From NCBI RefSeq assembly GCF_963921235.1, contig NC_086097.1, positions 227,790,001-227,854,000 on the forward strand: a DNA stretch of 64,000 nt. The letters are read 5' to 3'. The number at the start of each line of letters is the position of its first letter. Position 1 is the stretch's first letter. Source of the DNA: Mobula hypostoma. Its lineage: Eukaryota. The translations under genes and the position numbers were made by a program. The notes under the pieces are model-generated. The model ran no database searches. It saw only the letters and a list, made by a program, of their open reading frames with translations, and was not told the origin of the DNA. Below, one piece after another: positions 26,101 to 36,679 of the stretch.

Positions 26101-26129
26101 CCATTCCTTCTACCCCCGAGACTCAAGAT

Positions 26130-26555
26130 GGGTGTCCAACCTGATGGCATGAACATTGACTTCTCTAACTTCCGCTAATGCCCCACCTCCCCCTCGTACC
26201 CCATCCGTTATTTATTTATATACACATATTCTTTTTCTCTCTCTCTCCTTTTTCTCCCTCTGTCCCTCTCACTATACCCCTTGCCCATCCTCTGGGTTTT
26301 CTTTCTCCCTGGGCCTCCTGTACCATGATTCTCTCATATCCCTTTTGCCAATCAACTGTCCAGCTCTTGGCTCCATCCCTCCCCCTCCTGTCTTCTCCTA
26401 TCATTTTGGATCTCCCCCTCCCCCTCCCACTTTCAAATCTTTTACTATCTCTTCTTTCAGTTAGTCCTGATGAAGGGTCTTAGCCCGAAACCTCGACTGC
26501 ACCTCTTCCTAGAGATGCTGCCTGGCCTGCTGCGTTCACCAGCAACTTTGATGGG
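26130..26555 (+). mobile_element. Penelope terminal repeat (5'-truncated copy)
   Basis: Starts at QPDGMNIDFSNFR*; near-identical to the 22860-23290 and 59750-60185 UTRs. Confidence 0.85.
26458..26499 (+). ncRNA. Minimal hammerhead ribozyme motif
   Basis: cagttagtc CTGATGA agggtcttagccc GAAA cctc gactg. Confidence 0.5.
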
Positions 26556-26980
26556 GGTTAGAAATGTTCTTTTCAGCTTTTCCTGTTGGAGTACAGAATA
26601 CCTTGCGACATGGAATGGTTGAGGTTAAGACAACTGCATTTTTTTTTAAGTGAACTTAAGTAAATGTTTTAGCTGAGAGAGATATGCGGAGATAAAGATA
26701 GAGATGGTGTGGGGTACAAATTATACTCTGCAGCCTATTCTCATGGTAAGTGAATACAGATTATTGTGTTTATTCTGAGTAGACTTTCTGAAGAAAATTT
26801 CTAGGCATTTTTTTATAAGTCACGTAAACATACACTCAGTGGGCACATCATGAGGTACGCCTGTACACTTGCTTGTTAATGCAAATATCTAATCAGACAG
26901 TCGCGTGGCAGCAACTCAGTACGTTAAACCATCCAGATGTGGTCAAAAGGTTCATTTGTTGTTGGGACCAAACATCAGAC

Positions 26981-28128
26981 TGAATTGAATTGAATTGGCT
27001 TTAATACTTACATCCTTCATATATGTGAGGAGTAAAAATTTTTATGTTACTTCTCCATCTAAATGTGCGATGTGCAATTTATAGTAATTTGTAATAAATA
27101 GCGTGTACAACAGGACAGTCAATATAACATAGAAATACGATAGCATCAGCATGAATTAACCAGTCTGATGGCCTGGTGGAAGAAGCTGTCCCAGAGACTG
27201 TTGGTCCCGGCTTTTATGCTGCAGTACTGTTTCTCAGATGGTAGCAGCTGGAACAGTTTGTGGTTGGGGTGACCCGGGTCCCCAATGATCCTTTGGGCTC
27301 TTTCCACACACCTGTCTTTGTAAGTGTCCTGAAGAGTGAGAAGTTCACATCTAAAAGCACGTTGGGCTGTCCGCACCACTCTCTGCAGGGTCCTGTGATT
27401 GAGGGATGTACAGCTCCCAGACCAGGCAGTGATGCAGCCAGTCAGGTTGCTCTCAATTGTGTCCCTGTAGAAAGCTCTTAGGATTTGGGGGCTCACACCA
27501 AACCTCTTCAACCACCTGAGGTGAAAGAGGCACTATTGTGCCTTTTTCACCACACAGCCGTTATGTACAGACCACGTGAGATCCTTGGTGAAGTGTATGC
27601 CGAGGAACTTAAAGATGTTCACCCTCTCAACCTCACATCCATTGATGTCAATAGGCTTTCCTGTGGTCCACAACCAGCTCCTTTATTTTCACGACATTGA
27701 AGGAGAGGTTGTTTTCTTGACACCACAGTGTCAGGGTGATGATTTCCTCTCTGTAGGCTGCCTCGTTATTATTTGAGATTTGACCAATCAGTGTAGTATC
27801 ATCAGAAGATTTAATCAGCAGATAGGAGCTGTGGGTAGTGACACAGTCATGAGTATACAGAGAGTAAAGGAGGGGACTCAGTACACAGCCCTGAGGGGCA
27901 CCTGTGTTGAGAGTCACAGGGGCAGAGGTGAGGGAGCCCATTCTTACCACTTGCTGGCGATCTGACAGGAAGTCCAGGATCCAGCTGCACAAAGCAGGGT
28001 GAAGGCTGAGGTCTTTAAGCTTCTTGTCAAGCCTGGAGAGAATTATAGTGTTGAATGTGGAACTATAGTCTAAGAACAGCATTCTCACTTAAGCATCCTT
28101 CTTTTCCAGATGTGTAAGGACGGTGTGT
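26981..28128 (-). mobile_element. Rex1/Babar LINE, 5'-truncated (~1.15 kb)
   Basis: ORFs 27648-28088 (RMLFLDYSSTFNTI, GAPQGCVLSPLLYSLYT, KSSDDTT) and 27146-27511; (attca)n tail. Confidence 0.9.
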
Positions 28129-28211
28129 ATGGGGAAGGAATGTGATCTAAGTAGCTTTGATGATGGAGTGATTGTTGGTGCAGATAGAGTGGTCAGAGTA
28201 TCTCAGAAACT

Positions 28212-29154
28212 AAAGGTTCAAATGCTCAAAGGTTCGCCTTATTCTCAAAGTATGCATATACAATACAACTCTGATATTCCTCTTCTCCAGATAACCATGA
28301 AATACAGAAAAACCATGGGAGCTGTTGAAAGAAAAGACATCAACCCCCCCCCGACAAAAAAGTAAAAGAAACAAAACTCGCAAACCACAAACTCCCACCC
28401 CCTCCATCGCACAGAAAACACATCTCCCACACAGAAAACAGCAAACCCCCAACCCCCTCCCTCACAAAATATAGCGACAATAACATCAAATCCCCAACTC
28501 TCTCCCTTGGGAAAAAGAACAGTAACCACAGCATCAAACCCCCAACCCCTCTCTCACACACCAAATCTAACAGATCGTACCAACAGAAAAGCACCAACGA
28601 GAACATCGGACCCCAAATCCCCAACCCCTCCCTCTCACAAAAAGTAACATATCGGCAACAAGAAAGGAAACACAGAAAATGAAGGAAACCAATAGAAAGT
28701 ACAGTCAAATATTCACATAAATCTCAGAATTTCAAAAACATCCTCTCATCAGCATTCAAGGTGAGTGGCCGCACAAACAGTCTCTCCGTGAAGAGTGACC
28801 AGCATGCCAGGTCCGAACCCATGGCCTCCACAGAGGGTGACCACTGACCTCCACCGCATGCACCTCGATGTTTCAATCATCCTTGACGCTTCAAAATGGA
28901 GTCGATCACAGCACCATGACCCGTCTCTGTTCTTCTCCACGAGGCAGCTCCATGCTGTCAGTCCTCTCTGCGGACAGCAGTGCTGAAAGATTTGATCGAA
29001 TTCCAAACTGAACGTCACAGGCTCCAACAGTTTCTGAAACGCAATCAAGAAAAGAGAACAAGCAGAGGACATAGAGTATGTGAAATAATTGAAGAGACTG
29101 GCTATCTGAAAGATGCCTCTCGAGGAATCCTTGTTCGCCAGTGGCATCTTGACC
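28212..29154 (-). mobile_element. Non-coding retroelement starting caagatgcc, with internal ~70-bp tandem-like repeats
   Basis: TSD gaaact at 28206-28211 and 29155-29160 inside the Tc1 element; repeated aaacccccaacccctc...ctcaca units at 28380-28640. Confidence 0.6.
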
Positions 29155-29364
29155 GAAACTGCTGCTCGCCTGAGATTTTTACACGCAACTGTTTATAGAG
29201 TTTACAGAGAATGGTGTGCAAAACAAGAAAACTTCCAGTGAGCAACAGTGTTGTGGGTGAAAATGCCTTGTTAATGAGTGAGATCAGAGGAGAATGGCCA
29301 GACTCGTCAGGCTGATAGGAAGGCGACTGTAACTAAAATAACCGCGCATTACAACAGTGGTGTG

Positions 29365-29685
29365 GCAACGTGGCCAAGTGGTTAAGGCATTCGACTAGTG
29401 ATCCGAAGGTCGTGAATTCGAGCCCCAGCTGAGGCAACATGTTGTGTCCTTGAGCAAGGCACTTAATCACACAGTGCTCTGCGACAACACTGGTGCCAAG
29501 CTGTATAGCCTAATGCCTTTCCCTTGGACAACATCAGTGTCGTGGAGAGGGGAGACTTGCAGCATGGGCAACTGCCAGTCTTCCATACAACCTTGCCCAG
29601 GCCTGCGCCCTGGAGAGTGAAGGCTTTCCAGGCGCAGATCCATGGTTTCACAAGACTAACGGATGCTGTTAAACAGATGTTGTTA
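29365..29685 (+). mobile_element. tRNA-Thr(AGT)-derived SINE with CORE-like segment
   Basis: ggcaacgtggccaagtggttaaggc...ctagtga...ttcgagcccc head; tgtgtccttgagcaaggcacttaa; TSD acaacagtggtgtg at 29351-29364 and 29686-29699. Confidence 0.75.
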
Positions 29686-29728
29686 ACAACAGTGGTGTGC
29701 AGAAGAGCGTCTCTGAACAATTGTAATA

Positions 29729-30095
29729 CACCCAGTGGCCACTTTATTAGTATACCTTTTAATGCAAATATCTAAGCAGCAACACATAGTCAATGGGTTC
29801 AGTTGTTTTTCAGACCAGACAACAAAATGAGAAGGAAATGTGATCTAAGTGACTTTGACCATGGAAGGATTGTTGGTGCCAGACAGGGTGGTTTGAATAT
29901 CTCAGAAACTGCTGATCTCCTGGGATTTTCATGCACAACAGTCTCTAGAGTTTAGAGTGTGAAGAAGAGCATCTCTGAATGCACAACATGTCGAACTCTG
30001 AAGTAGATGGGCTACAGCAGCAGAAGACCACAAACATACATTCAGTGGCCAGTTTATCATGTTCAGGAGGTACCTAATAAAGTGGCTACTGAGTG
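29729..30095 (+). mobile_element. Non-autonomous Tc1 element
   Basis: TA+cacccagtggccactttattag ... taataaagtggctactgagtg+TA; RKCDLSDFDHGRIVGARQGGLNISETADLLGFSCTTVSRV. Confidence 0.8.
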
Positions 30096-30099
30096 TATA

Positions 30100-32020
30100 A
30101 TGTAATAAGGCAATTTGTTTTGGAGAAAGTATTTTTGCATGTCAGAGTGTTAGTTATATTTTGAATCATTTCAGCATGTAGCATAGGAACATAAAATATC
30201 TTACTATGACCATTGTACTTACTTGTTCTTTTAAAGCTTGGACATAATGTAAATATCCAAAATAACACTGTGTTTTACACAATTCTGCACATATATTTTA
30301 GGAAGGTGGTATTCATTTCTGAAAGCTTATAATTTCTAGAATAAACATGATACATCAGGTATGCTTCGCTATAATGCAGCATTGGTCTTTATGCCTTCAT
30401 CTAGAAAATGCACGAATTCTAATTTCCGAAATGTCACTCGTGCATTTATATAAAATATATATCACATTAAATCCAGTTGTATTGCATAGATTTACTAACA
30501 GGTATTTTCTTAACAGTAATGTTCAACTCACAACATGGTCAAACAGACAGACAATTCTCCAAATTTTGTTTCATTGACTGAGAAAAGCAGCAGATTTTCC
30601 TTGTCATGCAGGTTACTGCACTAAGATTGCTGATGCATTTTTGAGAACCTGAACTCGTAGCATCCTTTTTCTGGATAAAGGATGATTTATCTGGCCAGTG
30701 GTATGTTACATTCTGCCTCGCTCCTAATAGATCGATAGCACCTCTTTCTCAGCCATTCTACTTTTCTGCTAAGTACGAGTTTCTAGTTCAATTAAAGTCT
30801 TCTTGCAATTTTCTTTTCCATTACACCAATCTCACAACTCTGATTAACAATATTTTGTGAGATATTCCAAGCCCCTACTTTGCAATCCAAAATGTCTCAT
30901 TATGCCTGCAAGCTATAAATATAATTGTGAGCCAATATCATTTTAATTGTTTCTCTTATGTCTTTTTTAAATGATTCAACGGTCATCAATAAGATAAGTG
31001 TTTTCATACCCTGTAGGCTAATCGGAGGATGGTGTTATAAAGGCACTGTAACAGAATTTCTGTATAATGAAACCTTATGCAGAAGATAATGACAAAGCAC
31101 TTACATCTCTCAGAAGATAAATGAAAACAGTAGATCTTCTTTTCTCTCTGTTATAACTACCATTTTGCCTCCCATTTCAATGGTCAGACCTCAGTAAAAC
31201 AGATTATTCTAAGAAGAGGATGCATGCAGTTCTCTTAATTTCACCATTCATTTCCCAGTTCCTGACTGTGAATGATGATATTAACGAACTATACAAATCT
31301 TCTTGTTCATTAACTAAATTTTAAAAAGCCAATAAATTATCCCTAATCCCACTAGATAATTGCAAATAAAGATGCCTCAGTCTTTCATACTTGCAAATCG
31401 ACTCTTGTAATTCTGCCAGATACTTCACGGGAATTTATTAAGCAAACAGCAGGTTGCAATTATAGTTTACTGGTAGTCCGATCCTTTGCTCAAGTAATAA
31501 ACAGCATCACGTAATGACATTAATTAAAGAAATAATTGCCTATTAAGGAGTTGCAGTGTAGAATTACAGCATGGTGGGAATTCAAAAAAAATCAAGATAA
31601 TGCGTGCATTATATTTGAGCTTTACTCACAGCAGACTGCAGCCTAATGTGAAACACGTAATTTAACACGTTTGGCCTCCAATATATATCTTGGTTAAATA
31701 CGGTGCTAAACATGCCCTGTCTTTTTCTTTGAGTCTGATTCCGTAAGTTCTCAGTTATTTTCTATCAAGCTAATATTTCCTTCATCTTCAGCGCTGACAT
31801 AATTTGATTGCAGTTTTTCACAAAGGCAGTCTATTCTAAGCCAAGCTTTCAACCTTTCTGACATGATGGATGGGACCACATTCACCCATTAGAAATGAGT
31901 TTAAAATATGAACTGCTGTCACACTGAACTGAATTTCCGACAAACCCACAGGTCACAGTTTGTCTATGAAATGTCACTGGGGAAGTGAGCAGTCCACATC
32001 CATCTGCCTATGGCCCTACA
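30100..32020. promoter_or_regulatory. Repeat-free island; candidate conserved non-coding element/enhancer
   Basis: ~1.9 kb without recognisable repeats in a TE-saturated window; dense TAAT/TAATTA motifs at 31490-31830. Confidence 0.3.
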
Positions 32021-32149
32021 TTTCAAACCAGAGGAGTGTAGGACGAATACAGGGGAGAATTCTTAAGCCCTTCACAAATTAGTGTCACTTTAAAGCTTTT
32101 AGTGTTGAGAAGTGCTGAATAGAAGACTTTTTTTCTTTGTTTTACATTA

Positions 32150-32580
32150 TAATTATGATCTACTTTATCACTGCCTATTACACCGCTGGCATTTAGAGCA
32201 GCACTGAAGGACCTCCATCTCTGGTGGTGCACATCATTTCAGAAGCTTCCTCTCAGTTTTCACTACTGTCAGTCACGCAAGTCCCAGGTGCAGACTCTGG
32301 GATACCATCACACTCGGATGCAGAAGGACTCTTCACTGCTATTTCTGTAACAATTTTGTTTTACTATTCAGGAGTGTTAGTTCTGAGCTGAACCCCCGAA
32401 CCTGGAGGACTGGTGGATCACTCTTAGTCTGGCCTCTGCCCTTCGACCTGTTTGACATGGGTGACCCTACCAAGAGCCAAAGCATAAAGCCCTGACTCCA
32501 GCCAGTATAGCTCTCCAGGTCACTGAGGCACACCCTATGACAAGGTTGTGGTCCTCATGGAGGTTTATAATCCATGACCT
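32150..32580 (-). mobile_element. Internally deleted RTE (Rex3/Expander-like 5' UTR joined to the RTE 3' end)
   Basis: Minus strand: cctcagtgacctggagagctatactggc...ggtagggtcacccatgtcaaacaggtc...ggccagactaagag, followed by RWRSFSAALNASGVIGS. Confidence 0.65.
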
Positions 32581-32611
32581 TACATTTAACAAGACATGTG
32601 CCTAGTTCTTA

Positions 32612-32895
32612 TTTATTTACTAAAATACACACGGAGTAGGCATTTCCAGCTCTTTGAACCGCACCGCCCAGCAACCCCTGATTTAACCCTAGCATAACCA
32701 TGGGACAATTTACAATGATCAATTAACCTACCAACTGGTATTTCTTTGGACTGTGGGAGGAAATCGAAGCACCAGGAGGAAACCCACATATTCACGGGGA
32801 GAACATACAAACTTCTTACAGGCCGCAGCGGGAATTGAACCCAGGTCACTGGTACTGTAAAGCATTGTGCTAACCAGCATGCTACCATGCCACCC
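32612..32895 (-). mobile_element. V-SINE (HE1-like)
   Basis: Reverse complement ggcatggtagcatgctggttagcac...ctgggttcaattccc...cctcccacagtccaaaga. Confidence 0.75.
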
Positions 32896-33339
32896 ATTCC
32901 ACATGAATAGAATTGAGCAGTTGTTGTCCATAAAATAAATGCTTGGAAATGAGTGGTGTATTAAAGAGGCAGTGTGGCTTTACTACTCTACATGGGCTAT
33001 CTTTAGGGCTACTTTGAAAATTATCATTCTGAATACACAGCTAGAAACACGTTGACATCTGGTATAGTATTGAACTGCACAGCGGAGTATGGACCAGCTT
33101 AAAATCGCGCTCTATTGTTCAGGACAGTTTGAACTATCTGCGGGACAATAGAGCACTGACCCAGCTATGAGGAGGGAAAGGAATTGATCCTTGTCATCGT
33201 GTGATACTTGGTGTTGTGGTTCTAGCTTGAAGACAAACCATGGGTGAAAGTGAGAAGATTGTTTCCTCGGCAGAAATGTTGCAAATAAAGATGCCCCCTC
33301 CTACTTACCATCATCATTTTTTATTCTGCCAGATAAAGT

Positions 33340-33810
33340 CATAGAATCATAGTCATAACTCATGACAGCACAGAAACAGGCCCGGCCCAGTTAGTCCATG
33401 CCGAACAGCTATTTTGCCTAGCCCTATAGACCTGCACCTGGGCCATAGTTCTCCATACCCCTCCCATCCTTGTACTTATCCAAACTACACCTAAATATTG
33501 CAATCAAACCCAATTTGTTTGTGTATAGTGTTTCATTGGTTCTGTTGTATTTCTTTGTTTCACCATGAATGCCTACAAGGAAATGAATCTCAAGGTAGCG
33601 TATAGTGACATATGCAGTGTGTACTTTGATAATAAATTTATTTTGAACTTTGCATCCACTACTTATGCTGGCAGTCCATTCCACACTCGAACCACCCGCC
33701 GAGTGAAGAAGTTCTCCTTCAGGTTCCCCTTAAAGCTTTGACCCTTCATCTTTAACCTATGACTTCAAGTTCTAGTCTAACTGCTTGCATTTACCCTACC
33801 TATACCCCCA
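33340..33810 (-). mobile_element. CR1 3' end with an inserted Rex-like tail (~33505-33652)
   Basis: acagcacagaaacaggcc...ccataccccctcccatccttgtacttatccaa; gagtgaagaagttctcc. Confidence 0.55.
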
Positions 33811-33854
33811 ATATTTCACAGAAATTTATTGAACAAACAGTAGTTTATGGTGTG

Positions 33855-35425
33855 GAACAGTGGCATGTCTAGTTGAGTTTCTGCCTCTCAGTTTCAGTGA
33901 CCTGGGTTCACACATGATCTCTGGTGTTGTCTATGTAGAGTTTGCACATACTCTCTGTTATCCTTAAGGGAAAATTTTGCCTGAAAAATCTGCTGCAATT
34001 CTTTGAGGAAGTAACAAGTAGGATAAGCAAAGGAGAATCTGTGGATGTTGTGCACTTGGATTTTCAGAAGGCCTTTAACAAGTGCCTTGACAAACAAGGT
34101 AAGAGCCCATGGTATTACAGGAAAAATACTAGCATGGACGGAGCATTGGCTGATTGTCACGAGGCTAAGGGTGGGAATAAAGGAAGCCTTTTCTGATTGG
34201 CTGCTGGTGACTAGTAGTGTTCCGCAGGCGTTGGTGTTGGGACCACTTCTTTTTACATTGTATGTCAAGGGTTTGCATGATGGAATTGATGGCTTTGTGG
34301 CCAAGTTTGCGGATGACACAAAGGAGGAGCAGGTAGCGTTAAGGACGCAGGGAGGCAGTGAAATAAATTAGACATTTTAGGAGAATGGCAAAGAAGTTCA
34401 GATGGCACACAGTGTTAGGAAGAGTCTGATCAAGCATTTTGATTAGAAGGAATAAAAACATAGGCTATCTTAGAAACAGATAAATTTCAAAAATTCGAGG
34501 TGCAAAGTGACTTGGGAGTTGTGCAGGATTCACCCGCAGGATGAGTTGGTGATGAACTGCAGTGTTAGCATTCACTTCAAGAGGACTTGAATATAAAAGC
34601 AAGGATGTAATGCTGAGGCTTGATAAGTCACTGATGAGGCCTTACTTGAAGTATTGTGATCAGTTTAGGATCCCTTATTTAAGAAAGGATGTGCTGACAT
34701 TGAAGAGGGTTCAGAAGAGGTTTATGAAAATGATTCCAGGAATGAAAAGGTTAGTGTATGAGCAGTTTTTGATGGCCCTAGGCCTGTACTTGCAGGAATT
34801 TAGAAGAATGGAGGGCTGGCGATCTCATTGAATCCTACTGAATGTTGTAAGGATAGATAAAGTGGATGTGGCGAAGATATTTCCTATGGTTGGGGAGTCT
34901 AGGCTCAGAGGGTACAGCCTCAGAATAGAGGGACATCCATCTTGAATGGAGATGAGGAGGAATTTCTTTAGCCAGACAGTTGTGAATCTGTGGAATTCAT
35001 TGCCATAGGCAGCTGTGTTAGCCAGGTCATTGGGTGTATTTAAGGTGGAGGTTGATAGGTTCTTAGTTAGTCAGGGCATGAAGGTATACAGGGAAAAGGC
35101 AGGAGACTGGGTATGAGAGGGAAATGAATCAGCTATGATGAAATGGTGGAGCAAATTTGATGGGCTGAATGGCCTAATTCTGCTGCTATGTCTTATGGTC
35201 TTACAATCACAAGGGTTTCCATGATTGCTCCAGTTTCCTCCCACATCTAAAAGATATGCAGGTAGACAGGTTAGTTAGTAACTGTAAATTGCTCTAGTGT
35301 AGACTGGTGACAGAACTGATGGGATGATGGAGAGAATAGGTTACAGGAAAAAACTTAGTGGAGCAAATTTGATTGTTCAAAGAGCTGTCATAGATTTGAT
35401 GGGTGGAATGGCCTCCTTCCAAACC
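33855..35425 (+). mobile_element. V-SINE split by a CR1 insertion
   Basis: SINE head 33855-33958 (ctgggttcac...agagtttgcacatactctctgt) resumes at ~35205 (atcacaagggtttcc...cagtttcctcccacatc). Confidence 0.65.
33960..35203 (+). mobile_element. CR1 LINE, 5'-truncated RT region
   Basis: CLKNLLQFFEEVTS, VDVVHLDFQKAF, VPQALVLGPLLF, KFADDTK; tcttatgg tail. Confidence 0.9.
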
Positions 35426-35664
35426 AGAAAAAAAGAAACAATTAAGCAAATGGCTAAAAAATACGAATGATGAAGAACTCAGTAGGTTAAGCAGTATCCA
35501 TGAAGGTGAGAGAGTTAAGTCAACGGGGACTATTGGGGTGGAGGCAGCGGAGGAGGTTGGATACAGAATAGATGTCAGTTATGGAAGGAATGTCAGACAA
35601 AAGGAACTAGATGGAGGAGGTGCTGAGGAAGGATGTGAAAGGCGAACAGAGAGATAGAAGTATA

Positions 35665-35945
35665 TAGTCATAGAGCACTACAGCACACAACATGCCATTC
35701 GGTCCACCTAGACCATGCTAACCTGGTCTTCTGACTAGTCCCATCTACCTGTACTTGGGCCATAGTCCTCCATACCCTCTCATAATCCAACCTTTTCATT
35801 AATGTTACAATTAAACTCACATCTTCCACTAACAGCTCATTCCACATTCTCACCATCCTCTGAGTGAAGAAGTTCCCCCTCACGCCCCCCTTAACTAATT
35901 CACCTTTCACCTTAAACTTATACCCTCTAATTCTAGTCTCAACCT
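35665..35945 (-). mobile_element. CR1 3' end
   Basis: VRGNFFTQRMVRMWNEL. Confidence 0.75.
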
Positions 35946-35949
35946 GTGG

Positions 35950-36672
35950 GGAAAAGGGCTGTGTTCAGTGTCTTCCGCAACCAAAAGCTCTGGATGAACC
36001 ATAAGATCCACAATCTGCCGAGGGCCAGATCAGTAACATTCAGGTCTGGCAACCAAGTAAAATTCAAGAGATGCAGGTATGATCTGCAGAAAGCTATCTC
36101 ACGTGCAAAGTGGCAATTCCAGACCGAATCTGAACCACTGAAGAACAGCAGTGGCAGGGCTTGAATGCTATCACCTCCTACAAAGTAAAACCAAGCAACA
36201 GAGGTGACAATGAGGTTTCACTCCCCAATGAGCTCAGTGCCTTTTACTCTCACTTTGACTGACAAACCTTCATAAACTTCCACAGTTCCTGACGACCCTG
36301 TGATCTCAGACTCTGAGGCCAATGTGAGAGCGTCCTTCAGGAGGGTGAAAGCATCCAACCTAGATAGTGTATCTGGCCAAATACTAAAGACCCGTGCTAA
36401 TCAACTGGCTGGAGTGTTCACCAATATCTTTAACCTCTTACTTTGGCAGTGTGAGATACCCATCTACAAGCAGGCTTCAATTATACCCGTTCCCAAGAAC
36501 GTGGTAACCTGCCTCAGTGACTATCATCCGTAACACTTACATCCAGTGGGATGAAGTCCTTTAAGAGATTGGTGATGAAACATATCAACTCCTGTCTTTG
36601 ATCAGCTCCAGTTTTCCTACTATCACAACTGGTCAACAACAGATGCCATTTCATTGGATCTTCACCCAATAA
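35950..36672 (+). mobile_element. Rex1/Babar LINE internal fragment
   Basis: RYDLQKAISRAKWQFQT, QLAGVFTNIFNL, ASIIPVPK, TCLSDYHP. Confidence 0.8.
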
Positions 36673-36679
36673 TGGAACG

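Larger units (their letters stand above)
26833..29720 (+). mobile_element. Non-autonomous Tc1 element split by three later insertions
   Basis: Pieces 26833-26980, 28129-28211, 29155-29364 and 29700-29720 join colinearly (MGKECDLSSFDDGVIVGA...SET...). Confidence 0.8.

Noticed and set aside
28340..28708. Hydrophobic ORFs and the repeated units as a membrane protein or CRISPR-like array
   Set aside because: Low-complexity degenerate tandem units within a retroelement; no constant repeat/unique spacer pattern; eukaryotic context
29363..29436. tRNA-Thr gene (also 58127-58198)
   Set aside because: Acceptor stem does not pair, and the sequence continues into a SINE body bounded by a TSD
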